Shown here one piece after another: positions 20,046 through 28,415 of a stretch of DNA of 64,000 bases. Each line of letters opens with the position of its first letter. Position 1 is the first letter of the stretch. The notes under the pieces are model-generated. The model saw only the letters and a program-made list of their open reading frames with translations, was not told where the DNA came from and made no database searches. The position numbers and the translations under genes were made by a program. Source of the stretch: Bacteroidales bacterium (lineage in GTDB: Bacteria > Bacteroidota > Bacteroidia > Bacteroidales > VadinHA17). The DNA is taken from the NCBI GenBank assembly GCA_017999895.1, contig JAGNKY010000012.1, positions 4,308-68,307 on the forward strand, given 5' to 3'.

Positions 20046-21182
20046 ATGAAGAAAATAAAACTTGGGATGATTGGTGGCGGTATAGGAGCATTTATTGGAG
20101 ATGCCCATCGTCGTGCCGCCCGTATATCAAACGATTTCGAACTTATCGGAGGAGTTTTTGATGCCGACTATGAGAGGGCCAAAGAGTTTGCAGTAAAAGA
20201 AGGCATAGCCTCCGACAGATGTTACGAAAACGTTGATGTTATGATCAAGAGCGAGAAGGCAAGACCTGAGGGGGAAAGAATAGAGGCTGTTTCAATAGTA
20301 ACGCCAAACTACCTTCATTTTCCCTTTGCAAGGTTGCTTCTTAAAAACGGATTTCATGTAATGTGTGAAAAACCAATGACGATGACCGTTGAGGAAGCTA
20401 TTGAGTTGGAAAGGCTTGTGAAGGAAACCGGACTTACTTTTGCACTTACTCATACATATACCGGCTATCCTATGGTGAGGCAGATGCGTGAAATGATTAA
20501 ATCGGGTGCTTTAGGCAATATACAGAGAGTTGATGCTCAGTATTATCAAGGATGGGTGAATTCTATTATTCACGGTTCAGAAAGCCGGATTACTGGTGTA
20601 TGGAGATTTGACCCAGAGCAATCGGGCGTAAGTAGTTGTATGGGTGATATTGGTGTTCATGCATTTAACCTTATCGAATATACTACAGGGCTCGAGATAA
20701 AACAGGTACTTTCTGACTTAAATTCTATTAAGGAAGACTTTAAACTCGATCTTGACGGCACGGTACTTCTGCGATTCGGAAATCCAAAACTTAAAGGGGT
20801 AATTAGATCGTGTCAGGTAGCAACAGGAGAAGAAAATAACCTGACTATTGCCGTTTATGGTTCAAAAGCGAGTCTTAAATGGGGACAGGAGAACCCTAAC
20901 TACTTATTTCTTCTGAGCGACACAGAGCCTGTGAAAGTGCTTAAACCGGCTCATGGATATAATAGCGAATTCGCCGAAAAAAGCCATACAATGCCTTGCG
21001 GACATCCTGAAGGGATTTATGAAGCAATAGCCAATATTTACAAGGGCATGGCAAAATCAATAAGAGGAGAAAAATTTATCCCGGGAGAGTTTCCAACTGT
21101 TTACGACGGCGTTCGGGGAATGAAATTTATTCATGCAGTAGTAAACTCAAATAAAAAGGGTAATGTATGGACTGTTCTTTAA
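20046..21182 (+). CDS. Gfo/Idh/MocA-family oxidoreductase (cytoplasmic)
   Basis: 378 aa. Rossmann start KLGMIGGGIGAFIG and the EKP motif (VMCEKPMTM). Confidence 0.85.
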   Translation: MKKIKLGMIGGGIGAFIGDAHRRAARISNDFELIGGVFDADYERAKEFAVKEGIASDRCYENVDVMIKSEKARPEGERIEAVSIVTPNYLHFPFARLLLKNGFHVMCEKPMTMTVEEAIELERLVKETGLTFALTHTYTGYPMVRQMREMIKSGALGNIQRVDAQYYQGWVNSIIHGSESRITGVWRFDPEQSGVSSCMGDIGVHAFNLIEYTTGLEIKQVLSDLNSIKEDFKLDLDGTVLLRFGNPKLKGVIRSCQVATGEENNLTIAVYGSKASLKWGQENPNYLFLLSDTEPVKVLKPAHGYNSEFAEKSHTMPCGHPEGIYEAIANIYKGMAKSIRGEKFIPGEFPTVYDGVRGMKFIHAVVNSNKKGNVWTVL

Positions 21183-21231
21183 AGAATTTAATTTTCAAAA
21201 TAATTTAACATTTAATTTTAAATTGAATAAA

Positions 21232-22317
21232 ATGACGACAAACAGTAAAAATGGGAAAAGTTTATCCAGACGCAAGTTTCTGGGGACTACAGCTGTTGCA
21301 GCTTCATCTGTCTTTTTCGTTCCCTCATTATTCGGGCGTGAAGGATATACTGCACAACAGAAAATTTCAAAACCAAATTCAAAATTCGGAGGCGTTCAAA
21401 TAGGTGCTATAACCTATAGCTGGCGCGATATGCCTGGCGGTGTCGAGAACATAATCAAATATTGTCAGGAAGCCGGTGTAAGTTCAATTGAGCTAATGAG
21501 CAATGACCTTGAGATGTATCTCGGTGCACCTCAGAATCCTTTTATGAGACAACCCGGGCAACAGCCTGCTGCTCCTCCAAACCCTCCTGCTCCTCCGGCA
21601 AATATGCCTGCAGGTGCTCCACCGGCAGGAGGACAAAGGCCTCAACGTACCCCTGAACAGGAAGCCGCTATTACAAAGTATAATCAGGAGCTTAAAGCCT
21701 GGAGAACATCGTTGCCAATGTCTAAGGTGGAACAGGCTAAGAAGCTATTCAACAACGCAGGCATTAGCGTGCATATAGTCAAATTCTCACCTGCACGCTG
21801 GTCGGACGAAGAGATTGATTATGCCTTCAGAGTTGCAAAAGCTATGGGCGCAAAAGGTGTTACGGAGGAGATCGGCGAGGAAGCAGTGAAAAAATTGGCT
21901 CCGTTTGCCGAAAAAAACAAATCGTATGCAATCTTCCACAATCACATGCAGTTTGCAACACCCGGCTTTACATACGACAACTTCCTTAATGTATCACCTG
22001 CCGTAATGATGAATTTCGATGCCGGACATTTCTTCGGCTCAACAGGAATTCATCCTAATGAAATTATAAAGAAATATCACGACAGGATCGCAAGTATTCA
22101 CATTAAGGATAAAACCGGGCCAAAAAGCAATCCACCTAACACCAATACCGAATGGGGAAAAGGCGAAACACCTATTGCAGATGTGCTCCTCCTTCTGAAA
22201 AAAGAAAAATGGCCCATTAATGTCGATATTGAACTTGAATATCCAATACCTCAGGGTTCAGACTCAGTAAAAGAAGTAAAAAAGTGTATTGAATTCTGCA
22301 GAAAAATTCTCGCTTAA
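21232..22317 (+). CDS. Xylose-isomerase-like TIM-barrel protein, Tat signal, with an internal Pro/Ala-rich insert
   Basis: The track ORF starts at 21163. I prefer the ATG at 21232 (MTTNSKNGKSLSRRKFLGTTAVAASS), which gives a Tat signal and removes the overlap with the upstream gene. Barrel motifs include IHIKDK and DIELEY. The insert reads QPGQQPAAPPNPPAPPANMPAGAPPAGGQRPQ. Confidence 0.75.
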   Translation: MTTNSKNGKSLSRRKFLGTTAVAASSVFFVPSLFGREGYTAQQKISKPNSKFGGVQIGAITYSWRDMPGGVENIIKYCQEAGVSSIELMSNDLEMYLGAPQNPFMRQPGQQPAAPPNPPAPPANMPAGAPPAGGQRPQRTPEQEAAITKYNQELKAWRTSLPMSKVEQAKKLFNNAGISVHIVKFSPARWSDEEIDYAFRVAKAMGAKGVTEEIGEEAVKKLAPFAEKNKSYAIFHNHMQFATPGFTYDNFLNVSPAVMMNFDAGHFFGSTGIHPNEIIKKYHDRIASIHIKDKTGPKSNPPNTNTEWGKGETPIADVLLLLKKEKWPINVDIELEYPIPQGSDSVKEVKKCIEFCRKILA

Positions 22318-22347
22318 AAGAAAGCGTACTGCCTTTTGAATAATATC

Positions 22348-22393
22348 CCTGTGCCGGAAAAGCAAGATAGCTAACCGGCACAGGTTTTTTTTT
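22348..22393 (+). terminator. Rho-independent terminator
   Basis: Stem cctgtgccgg (22348..22357) pairs with ccggcacagg (22375..22384). It is followed by a T9 run (22385..22393), 30 nt after the stop at 22317. Confidence 0.8.
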
Positions 22394-22421
22394 CAGCTAA
22401 TAAGAATATAATAGAATCTTG

Positions 22422-22688
22422 CTATTTCTTCTTTGTAAGTGAAATAACAATTCCACCGACAATAATTACCGCAGCAACTATAATAATAATTCTGCTTGCC
22501 GATCCTCCTTTATTACCATTACTTTCGGAAGTTTCGTCTTCAACCGCATAATAGTAAGTCGGCTTTATTATCGTATCCATATTAACAGAGTCTTTTTTCG
22601 GCTGCGGTTCTTGTTGTGCTCTTAAAAAAGATGCACTGCCAAATATAAGGATAGATACAAATACTAATTTCAATAATGTTCTTTTCAT
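22422..22688 (-). CDS. Small exported, C-terminally anchored hypothetical protein
   Basis: 88 aa. It has a signal peptide (LVFVSILIFGSASFLRAQ), an acidic/Ser-rich middle (EDETSESNGNKGGSAS), a C-terminal TM helix (IIIIVAAVIIVGGIVISL) and a KKK tail. Confidence 0.5.
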   Translation of the reverse strand: MKRTLLKLVFVSILIFGSASFLRAQQEPQPKKDSVNMDTIIKPTYYYAVEDETSESNGNKGGSASRIIIIVAAVIIVGGIVISLTKKK

Positions 22689-22734
22689 AATTATTTCCTT
22701 GTTTTTCCTATTTATTAAATTAGTTATACATATA

Positions 22735-24804
22735 TTATTTAATCCTGCTTACAATTTCATCATATTTTCGCGCCATATCAGGATTTGAGGTTCGGTAAGA
22801 ATCAGCCAGTGCCATAAGTGCCGGCTTATATACAGGATTAATTTCCAGACATTGTCTTAATATTTTTCTTGCCCGCTCTACGTCCTTTCTGCTAATTACT
22901 TCAGCCAGTTTCACGTAAGCCTCGAAGTATTTCCGATTAAAATTAATTAGCTTTTCAAAATATCCCTCAGCTTTATCATATTCACTTCTGGAAACTGAAA
23001 TAATTCCTGCATACATCAATGCCGGTTCAAAGAACGGATTAATTTTCAAGCATTCATTAAGCACTGAATCAGCTTTAAGTGAATCTCTCAATCTGTTAAG
23101 CGCAACTGCAAAATTATAAAAAATCATTTCATCACAATGATTTTCTAAAATCGCCTTCTGGAAAAGTTTTACTGCATCATCGCATCTATTCTCCTGTAAA
23201 GCCCTAAATGCATTATAATCAGCTTTCGATTGTCTTTCAATTACCGTACACACTGGAGCCTCTCCGGCATAAACTACTTTAAGAGCACCGGTAGGAGGCC
23301 ATAATCCTTCTTTTAACCTGAAAGGCAATATATATCTGTTAGTTGAAATATAATAATCCCAGTTGTAAGTACTTCTTTCTTCATTTCTTATATATATATT
23401 TTTAACAAACGGCTGATTACGGAAATACCATTCAGCCGAAAAATTCGAAGCAACTACTATGCTGTCTTTAATTCCTTTACTTTCAAGATATTCAGTCAGC
23501 CATTCCGAAGCTTCGCGTTGTCCTATAAAATAATAATCTATTTCATAATTTCCATTTGCTCCTTTAACACCGCCAACAAGCTGATTAAAATATAAATATG
23601 CATACCTGTAATTAGCGGCCAGAAATTTTACAACATGAAATGAAGGAACAAAGAGTAAGAACACACAAAACCATTTAAGGTAGTTTTTAATATTTAATTT
23701 GAATATTGTAGAAATACCGACAGCCGAAAGAATTACAATTCCCGGATACAAAAACATAAATTGCCTCCACCCGCTGTAAATATTTGGTCTGGAGAATATA
23801 GTATAGAAAAGGGGAAAAATAATACTGAAAACAAGAATGAAATATGCCAGAAAATTTCCTTTTCGAAAAATCTTTGGTGAAAAGATTATAAACAAAAGTA
23901 AACCGGCAGTAATAGCAACAGGTATTGTAATCAATATATATTTGGGCATGTAGTACCATGGCATATAATCGGTCCACTCCACTCTGCCTTCAAATATTTC
24001 CCTGAAAGTGAGTGGAAATCTGCTCATAAAAAGATGGGCTTTGACAGGATTGATCACAGGGTTCTGTAATCCATAAGGCCATAAAACAACACTTAGAAAC
24101 CATCCTGCAGCTGAAATTATTGTAACAAGAAAAAATTTTCCAGCTAATGCATTGATGCTTTCCCCTTTACCATTAATATATTTTATAAGTTCATCTATGA
24201 AAAAGAAAAAGAAAAGATAACAAATAAGAATCATACCACTTGCTCTTATACTCATACAAAAAGCTATACTAAGAGCAAGCAATACACCACTTACAACTGG
24301 AATTTTCTTTTCAGACGATAAAAACTTTATGATAAAAAATACGCCTGATACATAGCCGAGTGCAAAGGGGATATCCTTAAGGTTATTCTGAGAATGGCCA
24401 AGAAATGTGGAAGATATTCCAAACAGCAGAATTACTATTATCCCTGCTTCATACCCTGAAAGCTTAACCGCAAAAAATACAGTTATAATAATTGTGAGCC
24501 ACCCGGCCATTGTGGCCATAATATGACGGAAACCGTAAATATCTTCCACACCTAACAGCTTAATAAGAAAAGTTGTAATATTGTCGTATGACTGTCCGTA
24601 ATATTTAAGGTGAGTGCCGGGAGTATGGAGACATGATCTGTCCTGACCATGTGTTACAAAATAGTTATAAACCGATACCGACTGGTTGTAATGAAGCACT
24701 TCGTCACAACTGACGCCTGCCTGTTTGCTTCCATAGAGCATAGCAACAAGAAGGGCAAAAGAAAGAACCGATAGAACAAGCTTATACCGTATTGTACTCA
24801 TCAT
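22735..24804 (-). CDS. GT-C fold membrane glycosyltransferase (ArnT/PMT-like, GT39/83-type) with C-terminal TPR repeats
   Basis: 689 aa. About 500 aa form a polytopic membrane region typical of polyprenyl-phosphate-sugar-dependent transferases. They are followed by TPR-like helical repeats (YNAFRALQENRCDDAVKLFQKAI..., YDKAEGYFEKLINFNRKYFEAYVKLAEV...). Its start overlaps the GT2 stop by 4 bp (ATGA). Confidence 0.65.
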   Translation of the reverse strand: MMSTIRYKLVLSVLSFALLVAMLYGSKQAGVSCDEVLHYNQSVSVYNYFVTHGQDRSCLHTPGTHLKYYGQSYDNITTFLIKLLGVEDIYGFRHIMATMAGWLTIIITVFFAVKLSGYEAGIIVILLFGISSTFLGHSQNNLKDIPFALGYVSGVFFIIKFLSSEKKIPVVSGVLLALSIAFCMSIRASGMILICYLFFFFFIDELIKYINGKGESINALAGKFFLVTIISAAGWFLSVVLWPYGLQNPVINPVKAHLFMSRFPLTFREIFEGRVEWTDYMPWYYMPKYILITIPVAITAGLLLFIIFSPKIFRKGNFLAYFILVFSIIFPLFYTIFSRPNIYSGWRQFMFLYPGIVILSAVGISTIFKLNIKNYLKWFCVFLLFVPSFHVVKFLAANYRYAYLYFNQLVGGVKGANGNYEIDYYFIGQREASEWLTEYLESKGIKDSIVVASNFSAEWYFRNQPFVKNIYIRNEERSTYNWDYYISTNRYILPFRLKEGLWPPTGALKVVYAGEAPVCTVIERQSKADYNAFRALQENRCDDAVKLFQKAILENHCDEMIFYNFAVALNRLRDSLKADSVLNECLKINPFFEPALMYAGIISVSRSEYDKAEGYFEKLINFNRKYFEAYVKLAEVISRKDVERARKILRQCLEINPVYKPALMALADSYRTSNPDMARKYDEIVSRIK

Positions 24805-25730
24805 GCATCGAATGTACCTCCATAAAAATTCTTTACGAAATACAGCGGCCTGTTTTGTGATTCCTTATAGCTTCGGTAAACGTATTCTCCAATTATTCCC
24901 AGGAAAATAAGTTGAACCGAACCGAGGAAATATATACTAAGAAGTGTTGATGACCATCCCGGCACAGCCAGATGTGCAGCTTGTGCCACGAGTATATATA
25001 TACCAGCAACCATAAAGACCACTACGCCTATTATTCCAAGAAAATAGCATACCTGTAGTGGAAATTTCGAGAATGAGAAAATTGCATCACCTGCCAGTAT
25101 TAAAAGTTTTTTCATACTCATTTTAGACTTGCCGGTAAATCGTTCATCCCTAACGTAATCTACAAATCCCTGTTTGAAACCAACATAAGAACGTATTCCC
25201 GGCAAATAACGCATATTTTCTCCGAATGAAATTATAGCATTTACTGCGCACCGCCTCATCATTGAAAAATTACCAGCATTCGCAATATTATTTAATCCGG
25301 CAATTTTCTTAAAAAGAAAATGAAATATGGACATAAAAATCTTTCTCTGCAGATTTTCTTTTCTGGCTTTTTTCCGGCCATTTATTACATCATATCCTTC
25401 CGAATAGATTTTTTTGTACATCTCGGGCAGCATTTCAGGGGGATCTTGAAGGTCGCCGTCCATCATTGCCACAATGTCACCGGATGCATGTTCGAGGCCA
25501 GCAGTATAGGCTATTTGATGGCCAAAGTTTCTCGATAAAGAAAGGATTTTAATTCGAGGGTTTTTATTCCGGAACGAAAGAAGCAAATCAAGACTTTTGT
25601 CGGAACTACCGTCGTCAACGAATATTATCTCATAATTATCTATAAATGATTCAATTGCAGAGACTGTTCTTCTTATGAGCTCTTCCAGAACATCTTCCTC
25701 ATTATATATTGGAATAACTACAGATAACAT
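24801..25730 (-). CDS. GT2 polyprenyl-phosphate glycosyltransferase (ArnC/GtrB/DPM1-like)
   Basis: 309 aa. Evidence: VVIPIYNEE, FVDDGSSD, MDGDLQDPP (DxD region) and two C-terminal TM helices. Confidence 0.85.
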   Translation of the reverse strand: MLSVVIPIYNEEDVLEELIRRTVSAIESFIDNYEIIFVDDGSSDKSLDLLLSFRNKNPRIKILSLSRNFGHQIAYTAGLEHASGDIVAMMDGDLQDPPEMLPEMYKKIYSEGYDVINGRKKARKENLQRKIFMSIFHFLFKKIAGLNNIANAGNFSMMRRCAVNAIISFGENMRYLPGIRSYVGFKQGFVDYVRDERFTGKSKMSMKKLLILAGDAIFSFSKFPLQVCYFLGIIGVVVFMVAGIYILVAQAAHLAVPGWSSTLLSIYFLGSVQLIFLGIIGEYVYRSYKESQNRPLYFVKNFYGGTFDA

Positions 25731-25747
25731 ACAGCAAAATAAAATTA

Positions 25748-25839
25748 GTCTCTATGCACTTTGTGCCTTTTCTATTATGCTATTTGATATTTAATTAGTT
25801 AAGATAAGCGACACGAAGTTGACACGTAGTGGCATAGAG
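25748..25839. repeat. Intergenic inverted repeat (9-bp arms, 74-nt spacer)
   Basis: tctctatgc (25748..25756) and gcatagaga (25831..25839) are exact reverse complements. On the minus strand the distal arm is followed by a T-rich run. The element lies between the ThuA-like gene and the GT2 gene. Confidence 0.6.
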
Positions 25840-25848
25840 AAGTGATAA

Positions 25849-27057
25849 TTATTTAATTCCCAGTCGCTCAAGCGCAAAACTAACTTCATCTTTTAATTCA
25901 GGCACTGATTGCAGATTTCTAATAGCAGGAATACAATAATCGGTTCCCATCCAGCTGAGCTCACGCAAAACAAGTTTCTTTGCCTCAACTGTAGCCGAAC
26001 TGTTATTAAGAACTCCGGTCATCAATTTCTCTATTTCAAGGAGTTTTTCCTTATCGCCTGCCGCCCGTCTGATATATTCCTGAAGACCAGTATAGCATTT
26101 TGTGCTTTTCCCTATATCATAATTCACAAGGCCGGCAATATTCTCCTCAAGAGAAAGATATTTATAATCTTTTCTAATAGAAACGCCTGCAGCACTTGGG
26201 AAATCGGGAGGGATACTCTGTGTTACATTCCCTGATGCAGCCCATTCAGTGCCCCGTTGGAAAGTAGTAATAAAACCTGCACATTTCAAGGCAGGGCTTT
26301 CTTCTCCTTCCGGATACCCGAGTGTAGTATGAAACACTCTTCCTTTTCCGTAATTAATCGTCATCATAACAGGTTCGTGCCTTCCCGTTCCATTTCCGGA
26401 AGTGTCACAGAAAGCTGTGGCCAGAACCTCGAGATTCTTCGCCGGTCCCCTCATTCTTGCATAAAGAAGATCGCTGCCATGCATCCATCTTACTGGTAAA
26501 CCTTTCATTACAGGATGCTCCATATTACGTGTTCTTACCTCAAATTCTCTGGTTTTGCCGTACCATCCAGCCTGGCCTGGTGTAGAATCGATAACCATCC
26601 GGCCATCCTTGAAATAAATGTATGGCCCGTTTATTTCCGATCTCCCTCCCCATCCGGTCAAACCGCATATTTCTTCATACTCTTTCCAGCCGGGAAACGC
26701 TGATGAGGCTGAATGATACACAACTACTCCACCACCGTCAGAGACGTAATTAACAAAAGCCTTTTTTGTATCTTCTGACCATGAATCACCGGAATAATTA
26801 AGTACCACTACATTATATTTGCCAAAAGAAGGCTTAAAACTCTTCATATCACCTCCTTTTTCCGGTGATATTGCTATATCGACTCTGAAAAGTCCGGTTT
26901 GTTCAAGAATCTGTTTAATGACCGGGGTGCTAACTTTCCAGTTGGTCGTATTTTGTCCGGTTACAATTAGAGCTCTATATTGCATACTTTTTTGACATGC
27001 TATGGATATTAACATTACCATGCATGCCATTATTGCGAAAATTTTTGTTTTTTTCAT
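25849..27057 (-). CDS. ThuA-domain protein with C-terminal HEAT-like repeats, lipoprotein
   Basis: The track ORF starts at 27090. The ATG at 27057 gives MKKTKIFAIMACMVMLISIAC, a lipoprotein signal. ThuA-like features: ALIVTGQN, YVSDGGGVVVYHSA, HPVMKGLP, YGKGRVFHTTLGY. The tail is HEAT-like (VEAKKLVLRELSWMGTDYCIPAIRNLQSVPELKDEVSFALERL). Confidence 0.75.
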   Translation of the reverse strand: MKKTKIFAIMACMVMLISIACQKSMQYRALIVTGQNTTNWKVSTPVIKQILEQTGLFRVDIAISPEKGGDMKSFKPSFGKYNVVVLNYSGDSWSEDTKKAFVNYVSDGGGVVVYHSASSAFPGWKEYEEICGLTGWGGRSEINGPYIYFKDGRMVIDSTPGQAGWYGKTREFEVRTRNMEHPVMKGLPVRWMHGSDLLYARMRGPAKNLEVLATAFCDTSGNGTGRHEPVMMTINYGKGRVFHTTLGYPEGEESPALKCAGFITTFQRGTEWAASGNVTQSIPPDFPSAAGVSIRKDYKYLSLEENIAGLVNYDIGKSTKCYTGLQEYIRRAAGDKEKLLEIEKLMTGVLNNSSATVEAKKLVLRELSWMGTDYCIPAIRNLQSVPELKDEVSFALERLGIK

Positions 27058-27068
27058 TGATGTGTGTT

Positions 27069-28382
27069 TTAAACTGTCGGTAATGTCCATGGTTTTCTAA
27101 ATGGTCGGCTCATTAAACGACTTGCCGCCTGATTGTTAATTATTTCTTCTTTTTCTGGGTCCCATTTTATTTTTTGTCCGGTTGTCATTGCAATTTCTCC
27201 GAGCAAAGCTACAGATATTGCCCGGTAAGCAGGTTCAATCGGGCAAATAGTCTCTTTGCGTGAGCGAACGCAATCTATGAAATTCTGGTAATGATTAGTA
27301 CTTTTATAAAGATGTAACTCATCATCTTTTATCTTTTCTTCAAGTATTTTCGGGTTAGAAGCACTAATTTTGTTTCCGCGGTCTACATGTATCCATCCGA
27401 GGTCGCCATACCAGCATGTACCCATGCCCTTTGGAAGCCGTGAAGCATTGGCCACTCTCATTTCCATTCCATCAGCATATTTGCATAATATATCATATTC
27501 AACAGGAGCGTTGTATATTCCCTCAACCGGGTAAACTCCTTTTCCCTCTATTTCAACCGGGCCTGTGTGCTCCAGACCTGCTCCCCAGTTTGCAATATCA
27601 ACGTGATGTCCGGCCCAGTCGGTGAGTTGTCCACCGGAATAATCGAGTATCCATCTCCAATTCCAGTGACATACGCCGCGATATGGTACCCTCAGAGCAG
27701 GGCCGAGCCACATGTCCCAGTTTAGTTCTTTCGGAACTTCCTGTACTGGTGGAGTTCCTATCCCTCTTTCACCGTCGGGAAGCCCCACTTCAATATATTT
27801 TATCTTTCCTATTCTTCCATTTGCAACCAGTTCAGCCCCACGATGGAAATTCTCCTGCGACCTCTGCCAGCTTCCAGTCTGCCAGATAATTCCATTTTTC
27901 TTAACTGCACTAACAATAACCTTTCCTTCGTTTATTGTACGGCATATTGGTTTTTCGCCATATACATCCCATTTTTTCATGGCAGCTTCTGTATAGATAA
28001 CACCATGCCAATGATCGGGAAGAGCAATGAGTACTGCGTCAAGATTTTCCTTATCAAAGAACTCCCTGAAATCGCCATAAATCCTGCAGTCCCTGCTTCT
28101 ATTAACTTTATCAACCGTTTCCTTTGCTGCTGCAAGTCGTGAAGCATCAACATCACATAGAGCTACAAAACGCGTCTGATATTTTAGTCTCATAAAGTCT
28201 CTCATATCGCTCATGCCCTGTGAACCGGTTCCGATAACACCCATAACTATACGGTCGGAAGGAGGTATTTGGCCTCCACGACCTAAAGATGAAGCCGGCA
28301 TAATGTAAGGAATAACAAAAGTTCCGGCTATAGCAGAAGCAGATTTTTTTAAAAAATCCCTTCTTGATGTTTTCGTTTTCAT
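27069..28382 (-). CDS. Gfo/Idh/MocA-family oxidoreductase, Tat signal
   Basis: 437 aa. MKTKTSRRDFLKKSASAIAG is a Tat motif. Rossmann start MGVIGTGSQG; the family EKP motif appears as YGEKPICR. Confidence 0.85.
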   Translation of the reverse strand: MKTKTSRRDFLKKSASAIAGTFVIPYIMPASSLGRGGQIPPSDRIVMGVIGTGSQGMSDMRDFMRLKYQTRFVALCDVDASRLAAAKETVDKVNRSRDCRIYGDFREFFDKENLDAVLIALPDHWHGVIYTEAAMKKWDVYGEKPICRTINEGKVIVSAVKKNGIIWQTGSWQRSQENFHRGAELVANGRIGKIKYIEVGLPDGERGIGTPPVQEVPKELNWDMWLGPALRVPYRGVCHWNWRWILDYSGGQLTDWAGHHVDIANWGAGLEHTGPVEIEGKGVYPVEGIYNAPVEYDILCKYADGMEMRVANASRLPKGMGTCWYGDLGWIHVDRGNKISASNPKILEEKIKDDELHLYKSTNHYQNFIDCVRSRKETICPIEPAYRAISVALLGEIAMTTGQKIKWDPEKEEIINNQAASRLMSRPFRKPWTLPTV

Positions 28383-28415
28383 TTTATACTTTTTTAATTA
28401 TCAACAGATCAAATT

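Noticed and set aside
21163-21231. The upstream start at 21163 for the Tat TIM-barrel gene (adds MYGLFFKEFNFQNNLTFNFKLNK).
   Set aside because: The extension overlaps the preceding gene and would bury the twin-arginine signal. The ATG at 21232 gives a canonical Tat N-terminus.
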